Assembly: GCA_977020255.1 (NCBI GenBank)
Contig: CDROCS010002422.1
Span: 124,001 to 188,000 of the forward strand
Length of the DNA: 64,000 nucleotides
From: Obrimoposthia wandeli
Lineage: Eukaryota
Reading direction: 5' to 3'
Shown: positions 1-9,555 of the stretch, one piece after another
How positions within the stretch are numbered: the stretch's first letter is position 1
How the letters are laid out: every line of letters begins with the position of its first letter
Notes under the pieces: model-generated
What the model was told of the DNA's origin: nothing
What the model saw: only the letters and a program-made list of their open reading frames with translations
The model's database searches: none
Program-made: the position numbers and the translations under genes

Positions 1-125
1 GGCCTGATTTACTCGCGACTCAACGACGTTTAATCCCCGAGGCTCTGTGTGTCATGGAGCACGATAACCCTAGTGATGTTACGCGCTTTGCACGTGAATC
101 TATTCGTAATTTGCGGGAGATGTAA
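1..125 (+). CDS. 3' end of a sugar phosphate isomerase/epimerase (xylose-isomerase-like TIM barrel), cut by the window edge
   Basis: Frame from nt 3 reads PDLLATQRRLIPEALCVMEHDNPSDVTRFARESIRNLREM*, with TAA at 123-125. The EHDNPSD motif is typical of the C-terminus of this family. Not in the ORF track. Confidence 0.65.
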   Translation, partial: PDLLATQRRLIPEALCVMEHDNPSDVTRFARESIRNLREM

Positions 126-126
126 A

Positions 127-1260
127 GTGGATTCTCCTCTTCGTGTTGGCATTGTTGGTTGCGGTACTATTTCTGATTCTTATCTGCGCATGGCCAATTT
201 TTTCAAAGATTACCAAGTAATCGCCTGCGCTGATATCAATCCTGCCTCTGCGCAGAGCAGAGCTGATGAATTCAATATAGAAGCACGTAGTCTTGACGCG
301 CTTTTCAATGCTGATGACATCGACATTATTGTCAATTTAACCATCCCTAGTGCACATTTTGAAGTCTCTAGAGCAGCGCTAGTCGGCGGCAAGCATGTTT
401 ACTCAGAAAAACCTTATATTTTGCAGCTAGAAGAAGGAAAAATACTCGCAGAGCTGGCACAGCAAAAAGGATTACGCATTGGTTCAGCTCCCGACACTTT
501 CCTTGGAGGCAGCCACCAGCAAGCCCGCTCAATAATAGATAGCGGCGACATAGGAGAGATTAGCTCTGGCACGGTTTTCATTATGAACCATGGTATGGAA
601 AGCTGGCATCCAAACCCAGATTTTTTCTTTCAAGCAGGTGGCGGGCCTGTATTAGATTTGGGTCCTTACTACCTCAGCAATTTAGTGCAATTATTGGGAC
701 CTGTTAGCCATGTTAAAGCGCTGTCTAGTACCCCATCTGTGGAACGAACCATTGGCAATGGCGCACGCTGTGGTGAAAAAATAGCCGTCACCACGCCCAC
801 CACCATTCATGCTTTACTGCAATTTGAAAGCGGTGCGCTAATTAACTTCGGTGCAAGTTGGGATGTGTGGGCTCATGAACATAACCCTATTGAACTATAT
901 GGAAGTCTTGGCAGCCTCTACTTACCTGATCCCAATTTCTTTGGCGGTGAGGTTAAAGTAACGCAACACGCACAAGCAGTCGTTACAGCTGCTTGGCAAC
1001 ATCCATTTTCTATTATCAATGATCGAGATAAAGCGGGAGTTAGCCGTGCTAATTATCGCGGCGCGGGCCTCGCTGATATGGCATTAGCGATTAAAAATGG
1101 AACTGCTCATCGCTGTAACCAGGAGTTTGCCCTGCATATTATCGATGTACTAAACTGTATGCTTGACGCCGCAGAAAATGGCCATAACAGCGAAATATCA
1201 ACGCGCTGTGATCGCCCTATGCCCTTATCGATTGCGCAAGCTAGCAGCCTTATCGCTTAA
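127..1260 (+). CDS. Gfo/Idh/MocA family NAD(P)-dependent oxidoreductase
   Basis: Motifs VGIVGCGTIS, HVYSEKP and GPVLDLGPYY. The real start is probably GTG at 127, after GGGAGA and the upstream stop, not 49. Confidence 0.9.
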   Translation: MDSPLRVGIVGCGTISDSYLRMANFFKDYQVIACADINPASAQSRADEFNIEARSLDALFNADDIDIIVNLTIPSAHFEVSRAALVGGKHVYSEKPYILQLEEGKILAELAQQKGLRIGSAPDTFLGGSHQQARSIIDSGDIGEISSGTVFIMNHGMESWHPNPDFFFQAGGGPVLDLGPYYLSNLVQLLGPVSHVKALSSTPSVERTIGNGARCGEKIAVTTPTTIHALLQFESGALINFGASWDVWAHEHNPIELYGSLGSLYLPDPNFFGGEVKVTQHAQAVVTAAWQHPFSIINDRDKAGVSRANYRGAGLADMALAIKNGTAHRCNQEFALHIIDVLNCMLDAAENGHNSEISTRCDRPMPLSIAQASSLIA

Positions 1261-1270
1261 TGATAATTAA

Positions 1271-1291
1271 CTCCACAGCCCTGCTGTGGAG
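1271..1291. terminator. GC-rich hairpin between convergent genes
   Basis: ctccacagc-cct-gctgtggag, a 9-bp stem 10 nt after the Gfo stop, with no clear T-run. Confidence 0.5.
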
Positions 1292-1349
1292 GAGCCCTAC
1301 TGCTGATAGTACCGGAAAACTATTGCGCTCAAGAACTGGTCGTTGCTAA

Positions 1350-1377
1350 ATGACTCAACATTATCATGTTGAGTCAT
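1350..1377. terminator. Second hairpin between convergent genes
   Basis: atgactcaacat-tatc-atgttgagtcat, a perfect 12-bp stem. Confidence 0.45.
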
Positions 1378-1501
1378 CACTCTCATTCACATCAGCAATA
1401 CCCATAAACAACAAATCCTCAATAGGCGCTATATCAGCGCACGATAACAAACAGATCTATCGATAATTTATTGATAATTTATTCAAAGGTAAATCAAGTT
1501 T

Positions 1502-2500
1502 TTATATCGCTGCGGTTGTACCACGTAACTTTAACTCCACCGGTAAAGTGCTATTGGTAGGCTGTGCTTTTCCTGCCAGTAAATCTAATAGGCGCAGCAT
1601 AGCGGTTTCGCCAATCAACTGTCGCGGTTGATGCACGGTGGTTAGCTGTGGTGTACAATATTCACTAAATGGGATGTTATCGAAACCTACTACAGACAGC
1701 TGCTCAGGTACATCAATCCCCAGCTCACGGGCATGTCTTAACACCCCAATTGCCATTTCATCGTTATAACAAAAAATAGCGCTAGGGCGCTCTTTCAAGC
1801 GCAATAAATCGCCCGCCAGATCATAACCTGACTGTAGCGTATAATCGCCTTCACATATGAAATTTTGTGGCAGCGTTAATTGTACACTTTCCATGTAATT
1901 GGCCACGCCTTTCATGCGCGCCAGCGTAATCGCATTATTTGCATGACCGGTGATACAGGCTATTTTTTTATGACCCAATTTTACGAGTAACTCTACCACA
2001 CTGCGCGCACTGCTTTCGTTATCGATATGCACCCTTGGGATATCGCTATCCGCGTAATATTCACAGACCATCACAAAAGGTAATTTAGCTTGCTTGTCTG
2101 CATTAATTAACGCCGACAAAGGTAAATCTGCGGTTAACAACAACACGCCATCTGCCTGCTTGCTGTGTACTAAATCAAGATACTTTTGAGCGCGTTCGAC
2201 ATCGTGGTCCGCATCCCCCACTAAGACTTTATAGCCTTCACGGTGCGCTACCTTTTCGACACCCTTAATGATATCTGTAAAAAACGGGTTACTGATGTCA
2301 GGTAAGATGATCACTATTGTTTTAGACTGCTGAGTACGCAAACTACGTGCAATTGCATTGGGAGCATATCCAAGCTGCTCTGCTGCTAGCAATACCTTGT
2401 TGCGCGTTGGCTCTGTCACTTTTTCTGGGTTTGCCAGTGCACGCGACACTGTAGCAGTTGATACACCTGCTTGCTTTGCTATATCTTTAACTGTCGTCAT
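1502..2500 (-). CDS. LacI family transcriptional regulator (CytR-like)
   Basis: N-terminal HTH TVKDIAKQAGVSTATVSRAL, hinge YAPNAIARSL, and C-terminal VVGFDN/PQLTTVHQP. Confidence 0.95.
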   Translation of the reverse strand: MTTVKDIAKQAGVSTATVSRALANPEKVTEPTRNKVLLAAEQLGYAPNAIARSLRTQQSKTIVIILPDISNPFFTDIIKGVEKVAHREGYKVLVGDADHDVERAQKYLDLVHSKQADGVLLLTADLPLSALINADKQAKLPFVMVCEYYADSDIPRVHIDNESSARSVVELLVKLGHKKIACITGHANNAITLARMKGVANYMESVQLTLPQNFICEGDYTLQSGYDLAGDLLRLKERPSAIFCYNDEMAIGVLRHARELGIDVPEQLSVVGFDNIPFSEYCTPQLTTVHQPRQLIGETAMLRLLDLLAGKAQPTNSTLPVELKLRGTTAAI

Positions 2501-2719
2501 AAGCTTTTTTATAACTCGTTGATTACTATTTCAGGTGGTAACACTCTTACTAACACTGTGCGAAGCGCTAGATGGCAAGGTACTATAGCTGATCTCGACG
2601 ACTAGCTATAGTAGAGTCTAAGCTAGACAGACATTTTGAGTTACTGGGCTATAAAAAACACTGCTAAAGTCCATAATGCATTAGATATTAGATGCAATGT
2701 CTTGAGTGAAACTACTTAG

Positions 2720-3877
2720 TTAACCGACTATTTCATCCAGCGTTGTCCACTGACTATTATTTTGTGAAGATAGCACCACGGCTTCAACAAACTGCATGGC
2801 TGCAATGCCCTCTTCAATACCTGGAATCAGCGCTAACTCAGCGCCCGCTGTACCACCTTGCTTACGTAACAGTAACACTTGCGCTATATCGCTATACAAG
2901 TTGGCAAAGCCTTCTAAATAGCCTTCTGGGTGACCTGCTGGCGTGCGGCTCACCCGGTTCGCTATTTGTGTCACACCATCGCCTGCGCGTACCCGTTTTT
3001 GCGAGGGTTCTCCGTGGGGTTTAAACCAAAGGTGGTTCGGTTCCTCCTGCGACCATTCAATACTCGCTTTCTCACCGTAGATGCGAATTTTTAAGTCATT
3101 ATCATGCCCTACAGCAACTTGACTACACCACAGCATTCCCTTAACACCTTGCTCGTAACGCAGCATCACGTGCGCATTATCATCTAGGCGTCGCCCAGCT
3201 ACGAAAGCATCGATGTCAGCGCAGACAGACTGCAGCGTTAAACCTGATATAAATTGTGCCAAATTGATCGCATGCGTTCCTATATCACCAATGCTGCCAC
3301 CTAAGCCTGAGCGTAGCGGGTCTGTGCGCCACTGGGCTTGTTTGTTGCTTTTACTCTCTTCATTTTCACTCAACCAATCTTGCGCATATTCAACTTGTAT
3401 CAACCGCAACGTGCCTAATTCTCCATCGGCTACCAATGATTTTGCATAGCGCACTAAAGGATAACCCGTGTAGTTATGTGTAAGATAAAACCCTGTTTTT
3501 GTCTGCTCTATTTGCCGTTTAAGTTGCAATGCTTGTTGCACATTTAACGTCACAGGTTTATCGCAAATAACACAGATACCCTGCGCTAAAAATGCGCTAG
3601 CCACCGCAAAGTGCAGGTGATTAGGCGTCACTATTACCACCGCATCAATGCCGTCTGCACGCTTTGCTTCAGTCTGAGCCATCGCATTAAAATCTTCGTA
3701 ACTGCGCTCGCGATTGATACCGAGCAGGTCAGCAGAGCTATGCGTCCTAGCCTCATCTGAGGAAAAAGCCCCCGCTACCAGCTCAAAATGGTTATCTAAA
3801 CGTGCCGCTATACGATGTATTTCGCCGATAAATGCCCCTTCTCCACCACCGACCATGCCTAATCTAAGGACGCTCAT
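2720..3877 (-). CDS. Gfo/Idh/MocA family oxidoreductase
   Basis: Motifs RLGMVGGGEGAFIGEIHR, VICDKP and GSIGDIGTHA. Start overlaps the upstream stop by 1 nt. Confidence 0.9.
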   Translation of the reverse strand: MSVLRLGMVGGGEGAFIGEIHRIAARLDNHFELVAGAFSSDEARTHSSADLLGINRERSYEDFNAMAQTEAKRADGIDAVVIVTPNHLHFAVASAFLAQGICVICDKPVTLNVQQALQLKRQIEQTKTGFYLTHNYTGYPLVRYAKSLVADGELGTLRLIQVEYAQDWLSENEESKSNKQAQWRTDPLRSGLGGSIGDIGTHAINLAQFISGLTLQSVCADIDAFVAGRRLDDNAHVMLRYEQGVKGMLWCSQVAVGHDNDLKIRIYGEKASIEWSQEEPNHLWFKPHGEPSQKRVRAGDGVTQIANRVSRTPAGHPEGYLEGFANLYSDIAQVLLLRKQGGTAGAELALIPGIEEGIAAMQFVEAVVLSSQNNSQWTTLDEIVG

Positions 3878-4950
3878 TATCGTTCCTCCTGTGCCGCCAG
3901 TCCTAGCAGTATGCGATTGGCTGATGCATCCGTTTTAGTACTTGAAAAATCATCAAAAGCTTTATCTGTTATCTCTATAATGTGATCTTTAACAAATTGC
4001 GCACCTTCCTGGGCTCCTTGTTGCGGATGCTTAAGACAGCACTCCCACTCTACTACCGCCCACCCCTTGAACCCGTATTGACTCAATTTTGAAAAGATAC
4101 CGCCAAAATCTATTTGCCCGTCACCGAGTGAGCGAAAACGTGCCGCTCTATCTGCCCAAGCAGCATAACCACCGTAAACTCCTTGACTCGGCGTTGGATT
4201 GAACTCGGCATCTTTCACATGAAACATTTTAATACGTTGATGATAGCGGTCTATAAACCCTAAATAATCTAGCTGTTGCAGTAAGAAATGTGATGGGTCG
4301 TACAAAATATTAGCGCGGGGATGATTTCCAGTAGCCTCTAAAAATTTATCAAAACTGCCACCATCATGTAAATCTTCACCTGGATGTAATTCAAAGCACA
4401 GATCAACTCCACAGCGTTCACATTCATCTAGAATAGGCAGCCATTGGCTTGCTAACTCTGCAAAACCCATTTCTACTAATCCAGATGGGCGCTGCGGCCA
4501 AGGGTATAAATATGGCCACAATAGTGCCCCTGAAAAACTAGCCATTTCACTTAATGATAAGTTTTTGGATGCTTGCGCTGCCAAAAACAACTGCTCTTTC
4601 GCCCACGCTTGTCGAGCACTAGGATTGTTCTGTACATGCACAGGAGCAAAACTGTCAAACAGCTGATCATAAGCTGGGTGTACCGCGATTAATTGCCCTT
4701 GTAAATGTGTTGATAACTCAGTAATAACCAGCCCGTATTTAGCCAATGTTGCCTGAACTTGTGCACAGTATTCGAGATCTGTCGCTGCTTTTGCCAAATC
4801 GAATATTTTCGGGTTGGTGGTTGGCATTTGCACACCTTTATAACCTGCCTGCGCCGCCCAAGAACTGATACCATCTAAACTATTAAAAGGTGCTTTGTCG
4901 TCAATAAACTGAGCTAAAAATATCGCTGGGCCTTTTATCGTGTTCATCAA
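3877..4950 (-). CDS. Sugar phosphate isomerase/epimerase (IolE/AP-endonuclease-2 TIM barrel)
   Basis: Metal-ligand pattern FELHPGED, YDPSH, FHVKDAE and VVEWEC; N-terminal IKGPAIFLAQF family signature. Confidence 0.85.
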   Translation of the reverse strand: MMNTIKGPAIFLAQFIDDKAPFNSLDGISSWAAQAGYKGVQMPTTNPKIFDLAKAATDLEYCAQVQATLAKYGLVITELSTHLQGQLIAVHPAYDQLFDSFAPVHVQNNPSARQAWAKEQLFLAAQASKNLSLSEMASFSGALLWPYLYPWPQRPSGLVEMGFAELASQWLPILDECERCGVDLCFELHPGEDLHDGGSFDKFLEATGNHPRANILYDPSHFLLQQLDYLGFIDRYHQRIKMFHVKDAEFNPTPSQGVYGGYAAWADRAARFRSLGDGQIDFGGIFSKLSQYGFKGWAVVEWECCLKHPQQGAQEGAQFVKDHIIEITDKAFDDFSSTKTDASANRILLGLAAQEER

Positions 4951-5005
4951 TTATCCTCTGTTTTGCGTTCATTGAATGCTCGGTTATTAATTCAAAAGCA
5001 CTATT

Positions 5006-5019
5006 TGTAATCGATTACA
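5006..5019. promoter_or_regulatory. LacI-family operator of the sugar operon
   Basis: Perfect palindrome TGTAATCGATTACA fits the LacI-type TGNAANCGNTTNCA pattern. It lies just downstream of the predicted minus-strand promoter. Confidence 0.75.
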
Positions 5020-5025
5020 TTAGCA

Positions 5026-5054
5026 ATTTAAAACGACTGAAAAGACTAAGTCAA
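5026..5054 (-). promoter_or_regulatory. Sigma70-type promoter of the sugar operon
   Basis: Minus strand TTGACT-N17-TTAAAT. Confidence 0.5.
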
Positions 5055-5335
5055 CTTTTAACCAACAAAAGAGACAATTAGCACTTGAGATCACTAGATT
5101 AACCATATGCTCAGCCATATATTCGAACACTGGCTCTTTTTATGCGCTTATATTTTTAACACAAGCTCGGATTTTCAAGCATTAAATTGAGCACTCACTA
5201 TTTTTTTAGCACACTAATGAGGGGTTTTCCCTTATAAACCAGCCAAAACTACCTCTTTAGTTGTTGAATAATAAGGATTAAATAATTATTTTAAATTAAC
5301 TATTGACCAATTACTAAACAACTGGCTAATATATA

Positions 5336-5351
5336 TTGACCACTTGGTAAA
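5336..5351. promoter_or_regulatory. RutR/PydR-type operator upstream of the F420 operon
   Basis: TTGACCACTTGGTAAA has one mismatch to the RutR consensus TTGACCAnnTGGTCAA. It overlaps a putative -35 (TTGACC-N18-TAAAGT). A weaker copy, TTGACCAATTACTAAA, is at 5303-5318. Confidence 0.7.
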
Positions 5352-5425
5352 ACTTTTAGTAAAGTTAACGACCAATTGATCGCAATACACAACTATTAAA
5401 AAAATAACATTGTTGGATAGGTAAC

Positions 5426-6553
5426 ATGCTTACAAAAACACAAGCAGCCACACTACAAAGTGTGAGCGGTGATGAGTTACAAGCGCTGTGTGCAAACGCC
5501 AGTGAAGTACGTGAACAGCACTGGGGCAAAACAGTCACTTACTCGCGTAAGGTCTTTGTGCCTCTCACAAATATGTGCCGCGATACTTGTAGCTATTGTA
5601 CTTTTGTAAAACATCCCGATTCGCCGCAGTCATATATCATGACCCCTCAACAGGTGATGGATGTCGTAAATGACGGGCAAAAGATTGGCTGTAAAGAAGT
5701 GTTATTTAGCTTGGGAGAAAAACCTGAGCAGCGCTACCCACAAGTGCAAGCAAGCCTGACTAAAATGGGTTTTCTAAGCATGACAGACTATTTAGAAGAT
5801 ACCTGTCAAAAAGTAATCGAACAAAGCAGTATGCTACCTCATGTTAATGCCGGCACCTTGTCTCTAGAAGAAATACGCCGTTTAAAGCCCGTCAGTGCCA
5901 GTATGGGGATGATGTTAGAAACCGTTTCCAAACGCTTATTACTCAAGGGTAATGTACATTATGCCTGCCCTGATAAAGTACCTTTACAAAGACTGCGCAC
6001 ATTAGAGCGCGCAGGTCAGTTAGATGTGCCTTTCACGACAGGTATTTTAATTGGCATCGGTGAAACTTGGCTTGAAAGAGTTGAAAGCTTAATTGCCATC
6101 AATGAGATCCACCAGCAATACGGCCATATTCAAGAAGTGATAGTGCAAAACTTTTGCGCCAAAGAAGGCACTGCTATGGCGGGTGCTGCAGAGCCTGATT
6201 TAGATGACATGTTGCGCACGATTGCCGTCGCCAGATTAATTTTAGACCCTTCTATCAGCTTGCAAGCACCGCCAAATTTACAAGAGCGCTTTCACGCATA
6301 CTTAAACAGCGGTATCAATGACTTCGGCGGTATTTCACCCCTGACGATTGATCATATAAACCCTGAAAAAGCTTGGCCACAAATTTCACAACTGGCCAAA
6401 GCGAGTAACGATTGTGGTTATCAATTACAAGAACGCTTAGCGGTTTACCCCAAATATCAGCAATTCCCAGAACGCTATTTTGCCCAACAGATCGCTAGCA
6501 GAGTTCAAAGCATTGCCAGAGTAGATGGTTTAGCAAATCGACAGTGTTTGTAG
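5426..6553 (+). CDS. cofG: FO synthase subunit CofG (7,8-didemethyl-8-hydroxy-5-deazariboflavin synthase)
   Basis: Motifs VTYSRKVFVPLTNMCRDTCSYC (radical SAM CxxxCxxC), LPHVNAG, FTTGILIGIGE and GINDFGGISP. Confidence 0.95.
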   Translation: MLTKTQAATLQSVSGDELQALCANASEVREQHWGKTVTYSRKVFVPLTNMCRDTCSYCTFVKHPDSPQSYIMTPQQVMDVVNDGQKIGCKEVLFSLGEKPEQRYPQVQASLTKMGFLSMTDYLEDTCQKVIEQSSMLPHVNAGTLSLEEIRRLKPVSASMGMMLETVSKRLLLKGNVHYACPDKVPLQRLRTLERAGQLDVPFTTGILIGIGETWLERVESLIAINEIHQQYGHIQEVIVQNFCAKEGTAMAGAAEPDLDDMLRTIAVARLILDPSISLQAPPNLQERFHAYLNSGINDFGGISPLTIDHINPEKAWPQISQLAKASNDCGYQLQERLAVYPKYQQFPERYFAQQIASRVQSIARVDGLANRQCL

Positions 6554-6594
6554 ATTGTAGCTCCTAGCTTACAAACACCGCCACTACTTCGAAA

Positions 6595-7878
6595 ATGCAC
6601 AGTACAAGGAATAATATTTTGAATGCTCTAAACAACTTTCAAAAAAGCACCACTCAACTTAATGAAGCAGTCATTAATAGCTCAGTTCCTGCAGAGTTAG
6701 ATCTATCTAATATCAGTAGTGTGGTTGCTAACATATTAACTCGCGCCCTTAGCGGTGAAGAAATTAGTGCACAAGAAGGCACGCAGCTTTTTCAAAGTAC
6801 TGGCCAAGAGATCACCGCCATCGCCAAATGCGCCGATATTATTCGCCAGCGAACGGTTGGCAACCAAGCCAGCTTTGTCATTACCCGCAACATCAACTTC
6901 ACCAACATTTGTTATATGGGGTGTAAGTTCTGCGGTTTTTCAAAGAGTAAAAACGATCCAGATGCCGAGCTGCTTTCGATGCAAGAAATAGCGCAGCGCG
7001 CACAAGAAGCTTGGGATAGAGGCGCAACTGAAGTGTGTATTCAAGGCGGCATACATCCTGATTTGCCCGAAGATCACTACCGCAATATTTTAATCGCGAT
7101 TAAGCAACAAGTGCCTGATATGCATATTCACGCATTCTCTCCGTTTGAGATATTTTTTGGCGCACAAAATAGTAACATGAGCTATCGTGAGTTTATTCAA
7201 GACTTAATGGATCACGGCCTAGGTTCAATGCCGGGTACTGCCGCTGAAATTCTAGATGTAGAAATTCGCAAACAGCTCACCCGCGATAAGCTAACCACAC
7301 AGCAGTGGGTTGATATTATATCGACTGCACACCAATTGGGCTTGCCTACTACTGCCACCATTATGTACGGCCATATTGATTCACCTCATCACTGGGCTGC
7401 ACACATTGAGCTGCTGCGCAATATGCAAAAAGAGCACGGGGGTTTTACCGAATTTGTACCGCTAGGTTTTGTGCATTATGAATCACCTTTATATACCGAT
7501 CGCAAGAAACTCAAACTCGATGTGCGTCCAGGGCCCACCGCTAACGAAAACATTTTAATGCATGCCGTTTCTAGAATTATGCTCAGTGGATGGATAGATA
7601 ACATTCAAGCATCTTGGGTGAAATTAGGGCCTAACTATGCGGTACAAATGTTACGTGCAGGTGCTAATGATTTAGGTGGCACTTTAATGGATGAATCGAT
7701 AACGCGCTCATCAGGCGGCGTACACGGCGAAGAAATACTGCCCTTAGATATGGTGCAAATGATTGAAAAAAGCGGCTTAACGCCTTTTAGACGCAATACT
7801 CTATACGCACAATTAGAGCACTTCCCGCAAACGCAACAAGCTACACTTATCGCCTCTTGCGGCGGTGCTATTGCATGA
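6595..7878 (+). CDS. cofH: FO synthase subunit CofH
   Basis: Motifs RNINFTNICYMGCKFC, EVCIQGGIHP, SMPGTAAEIL, NIQASWVKLG and GANDLGGTLMDE. The exact start is uncertain. Confidence 0.95.
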   Translation: MHSTRNNILNALNNFQKSTTQLNEAVINSSVPAELDLSNISSVVANILTRALSGEEISAQEGTQLFQSTGQEITAIAKCADIIRQRTVGNQASFVITRNINFTNICYMGCKFCGFSKSKNDPDAELLSMQEIAQRAQEAWDRGATEVCIQGGIHPDLPEDHYRNILIAIKQQVPDMHIHAFSPFEIFFGAQNSNMSYREFIQDLMDHGLGSMPGTAAEILDVEIRKQLTRDKLTTQQWVDIISTAHQLGLPTTATIMYGHIDSPHHWAAHIELLRNMQKEHGGFTEFVPLGFVHYESPLYTDRKKLKLDVRPGPTANENILMHAVSRIMLSGWIDNIQASWVKLGPNYAVQMLRAGANDLGGTLMDESITRSSGGVHGEEILPLDMVQMIEKSGLTPFRRNTLYAQLEHFPQTQQATLIASCGGAIA

Positions 7879-8870
7879 GCCTATCAATACTACTGTTAGC
7901 AGGCGGTGTGGGCGGTGCAAAAATGGCCGAGGGGCTAATGCACAGTGATCACGCCCAAGGCTTAAGTATTTTGGGTAACATCAGCGATGATCAAGAAATT
8001 CATGGCTTGTGGGTATCACCCGATATCGACACTTTGACTTACACTTTAACTGATCGCATTGATACTGATAAAGGCTGGGGCTTAAAAGATGAGAGCAACC
8101 GTACTTTAGATGCACTAAAACTGCTGGGTGAAGATACTTGGATGTATTTAGGCGACCAAGATTTTGCCACCCATATCTACCGCACTCAGTTGCGTAAAAA
8201 AGGGCTGCGCCCCAGTATTATTGCCGCCGATATAGCTGCAAAATTTGGCTTAAAAACGCCTTTACTACTCCCTACTGATGACATCGTACAAACCCGTGTA
8301 AATACTGATCTAGGATGGCTAGATTTTCAAAGTTATTTTGTGCGCTATCAATGCCAGCCTGAAATTAGCGAAATTGCCTTTAAAGGCGCTGATACTGCTA
8401 AAGCCACACCAGAGGCACTGGCTGCAATCAGTGCTGCTGATGTCATTATCTTTGCCCCATCTAACCCTATTGTAAGCATAGGCGCCATTTTGGCGGTGCC
8501 GGGCATTCGCACAGCCATTGAAACGAGTAAGGCTTATAAAATGGCGGTTTCTGGGATTGTGGCCGGAAAAACAGTAAAAGGGCCTGCTGATAAAATGCTG
8601 CGCGCTTTAAATATTCCCTGTAACGCTTTAGGCGTAGCACAATGTTATCAAGATTTAATTGATGTGCTAGTGGTTGATAACTTAGATAACGCGCTTTGCC
8701 CCGCGATTGAAGCTTTAGGTATGGCCACTTACTGCACCGATACCATGATGCTTGATCGCTCAGATAAAGTGCGCTTAGCCAATCAACTAATTGCTTTTCA
8801 GCAAACGGCGGCTAACGACAGCCTTTGTACTGATATCTCTTCAACTAACAGCGAGCAGCCATCACTATGA
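7875..8870 (+). CDS. cofD: 2-phospho-L-lactate/phosphoenolpyruvate transferase CofD (FbiA)
   Basis: Motifs LAGGVGGAK, VSPDIDTLTYTL, LGDQDFATH and PSNPIVSIG. Start at 7875 through an ATGA overlap with the cofH stop. Confidence 0.95.
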   Translation: MSLSILLLAGGVGGAKMAEGLMHSDHAQGLSILGNISDDQEIHGLWVSPDIDTLTYTLTDRIDTDKGWGLKDESNRTLDALKLLGEDTWMYLGDQDFATHIYRTQLRKKGLRPSIIAADIAAKFGLKTPLLLPTDDIVQTRVNTDLGWLDFQSYFVRYQCQPEISEIAFKGADTAKATPEALAAISAADVIIFAPSNPIVSIGAILAVPGIRTAIETSKAYKMAVSGIVAGKTVKGPADKMLRALNIPCNALGVAQCYQDLIDVLVVDNLDNALCPAIEALGMATYCTDTMMLDRSDKVRLANQLIAFQQTAANDSLCTDISSTNSEQPSL

Positions 8871-9505
8871 GTTTGTGCATCGTTATTCCGATGAAAGATC
8901 CGCAGTGTTCCAAGCAACGTTTAAGTGATGTGCTTGATCCACATGAAAGGCAAAACATTGCGCTTAATTTGTTACATAAAACTCTACATTTTTTAACCCA
9001 GCACTTTCCACAGATCAGCGTATTAATCGTTACGCCAGCGCCTGTTATTGCAAAAATTGCTGAACAGTACAAAGTGAATGTATTGATAGAACAATGCGCT
9101 AAAGGCTTAAATAACGCGATTGCACAAGCCGCTCAACACTGTGAAACACTTGGTTTTACCAGCCAGCTAGTGTTACCGGCCGATATCATCGATTTAGATT
9201 ATGCTGAGTTTAATCAATTGCTGAATATGAAAAGAGCTCACCAGTCAGTGATTATCTGCCCCGCGGAAGATGGCGGTACTAATGCGCTGTTAACCACCCC
9301 ACCGCAAGCTATTGAATTTAGTTATGGTGTAAATTCTAGCTCTAAGCATTGGCGTAATGCACAACAAAACAATCTTCACTGCCAACTGCTCACATTGCCA
9401 AACTTAGCCTTAGATTTAGATACCGCACAAGATTTACAACTACTCAATGCAGATGTCATTAATCAACTCACACATAACAACAATCACTATCAGCTCCAAC
9501 GGTAG
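8867..9505 (+). CDS. cofC: 2-phospho-L-lactate/PEP guanylyltransferase CofC (FbiD)
   Basis: Motifs VIPMK..KQRL, GLNNA, LPADI, DGGTNAL and LDLDTAQDL. ATGA overlap with cofD. Confidence 0.92.
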   Translation: MSLCIVIPMKDPQCSKQRLSDVLDPHERQNIALNLLHKTLHFLTQHFPQISVLIVTPAPVIAKIAEQYKVNVLIEQCAKGLNNAIAQAAQHCETLGFTSQLVLPADIIDLDYAEFNQLLNMKRAHQSVIICPAEDGGTNALLTTPPQAIEFSYGVNSSSKHWRNAQQNNLHCQLLTLPNLALDLDTAQDLQLLNADVINQLTHNNNHYQLQR

Positions 9506-9555
9506 CCTTTTAAAAAATAAAGAGCTGATATGAATGATTCAAAGAGGAAATTTAA

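Noticed and set aside
49-126. ORF-track start of the first Gfo gene at 49
   Set aside because: It overlaps the 3' end of an upstream gene that stops at 125. The GTG at 127 has an RBS and begins at the Rossmann fold.
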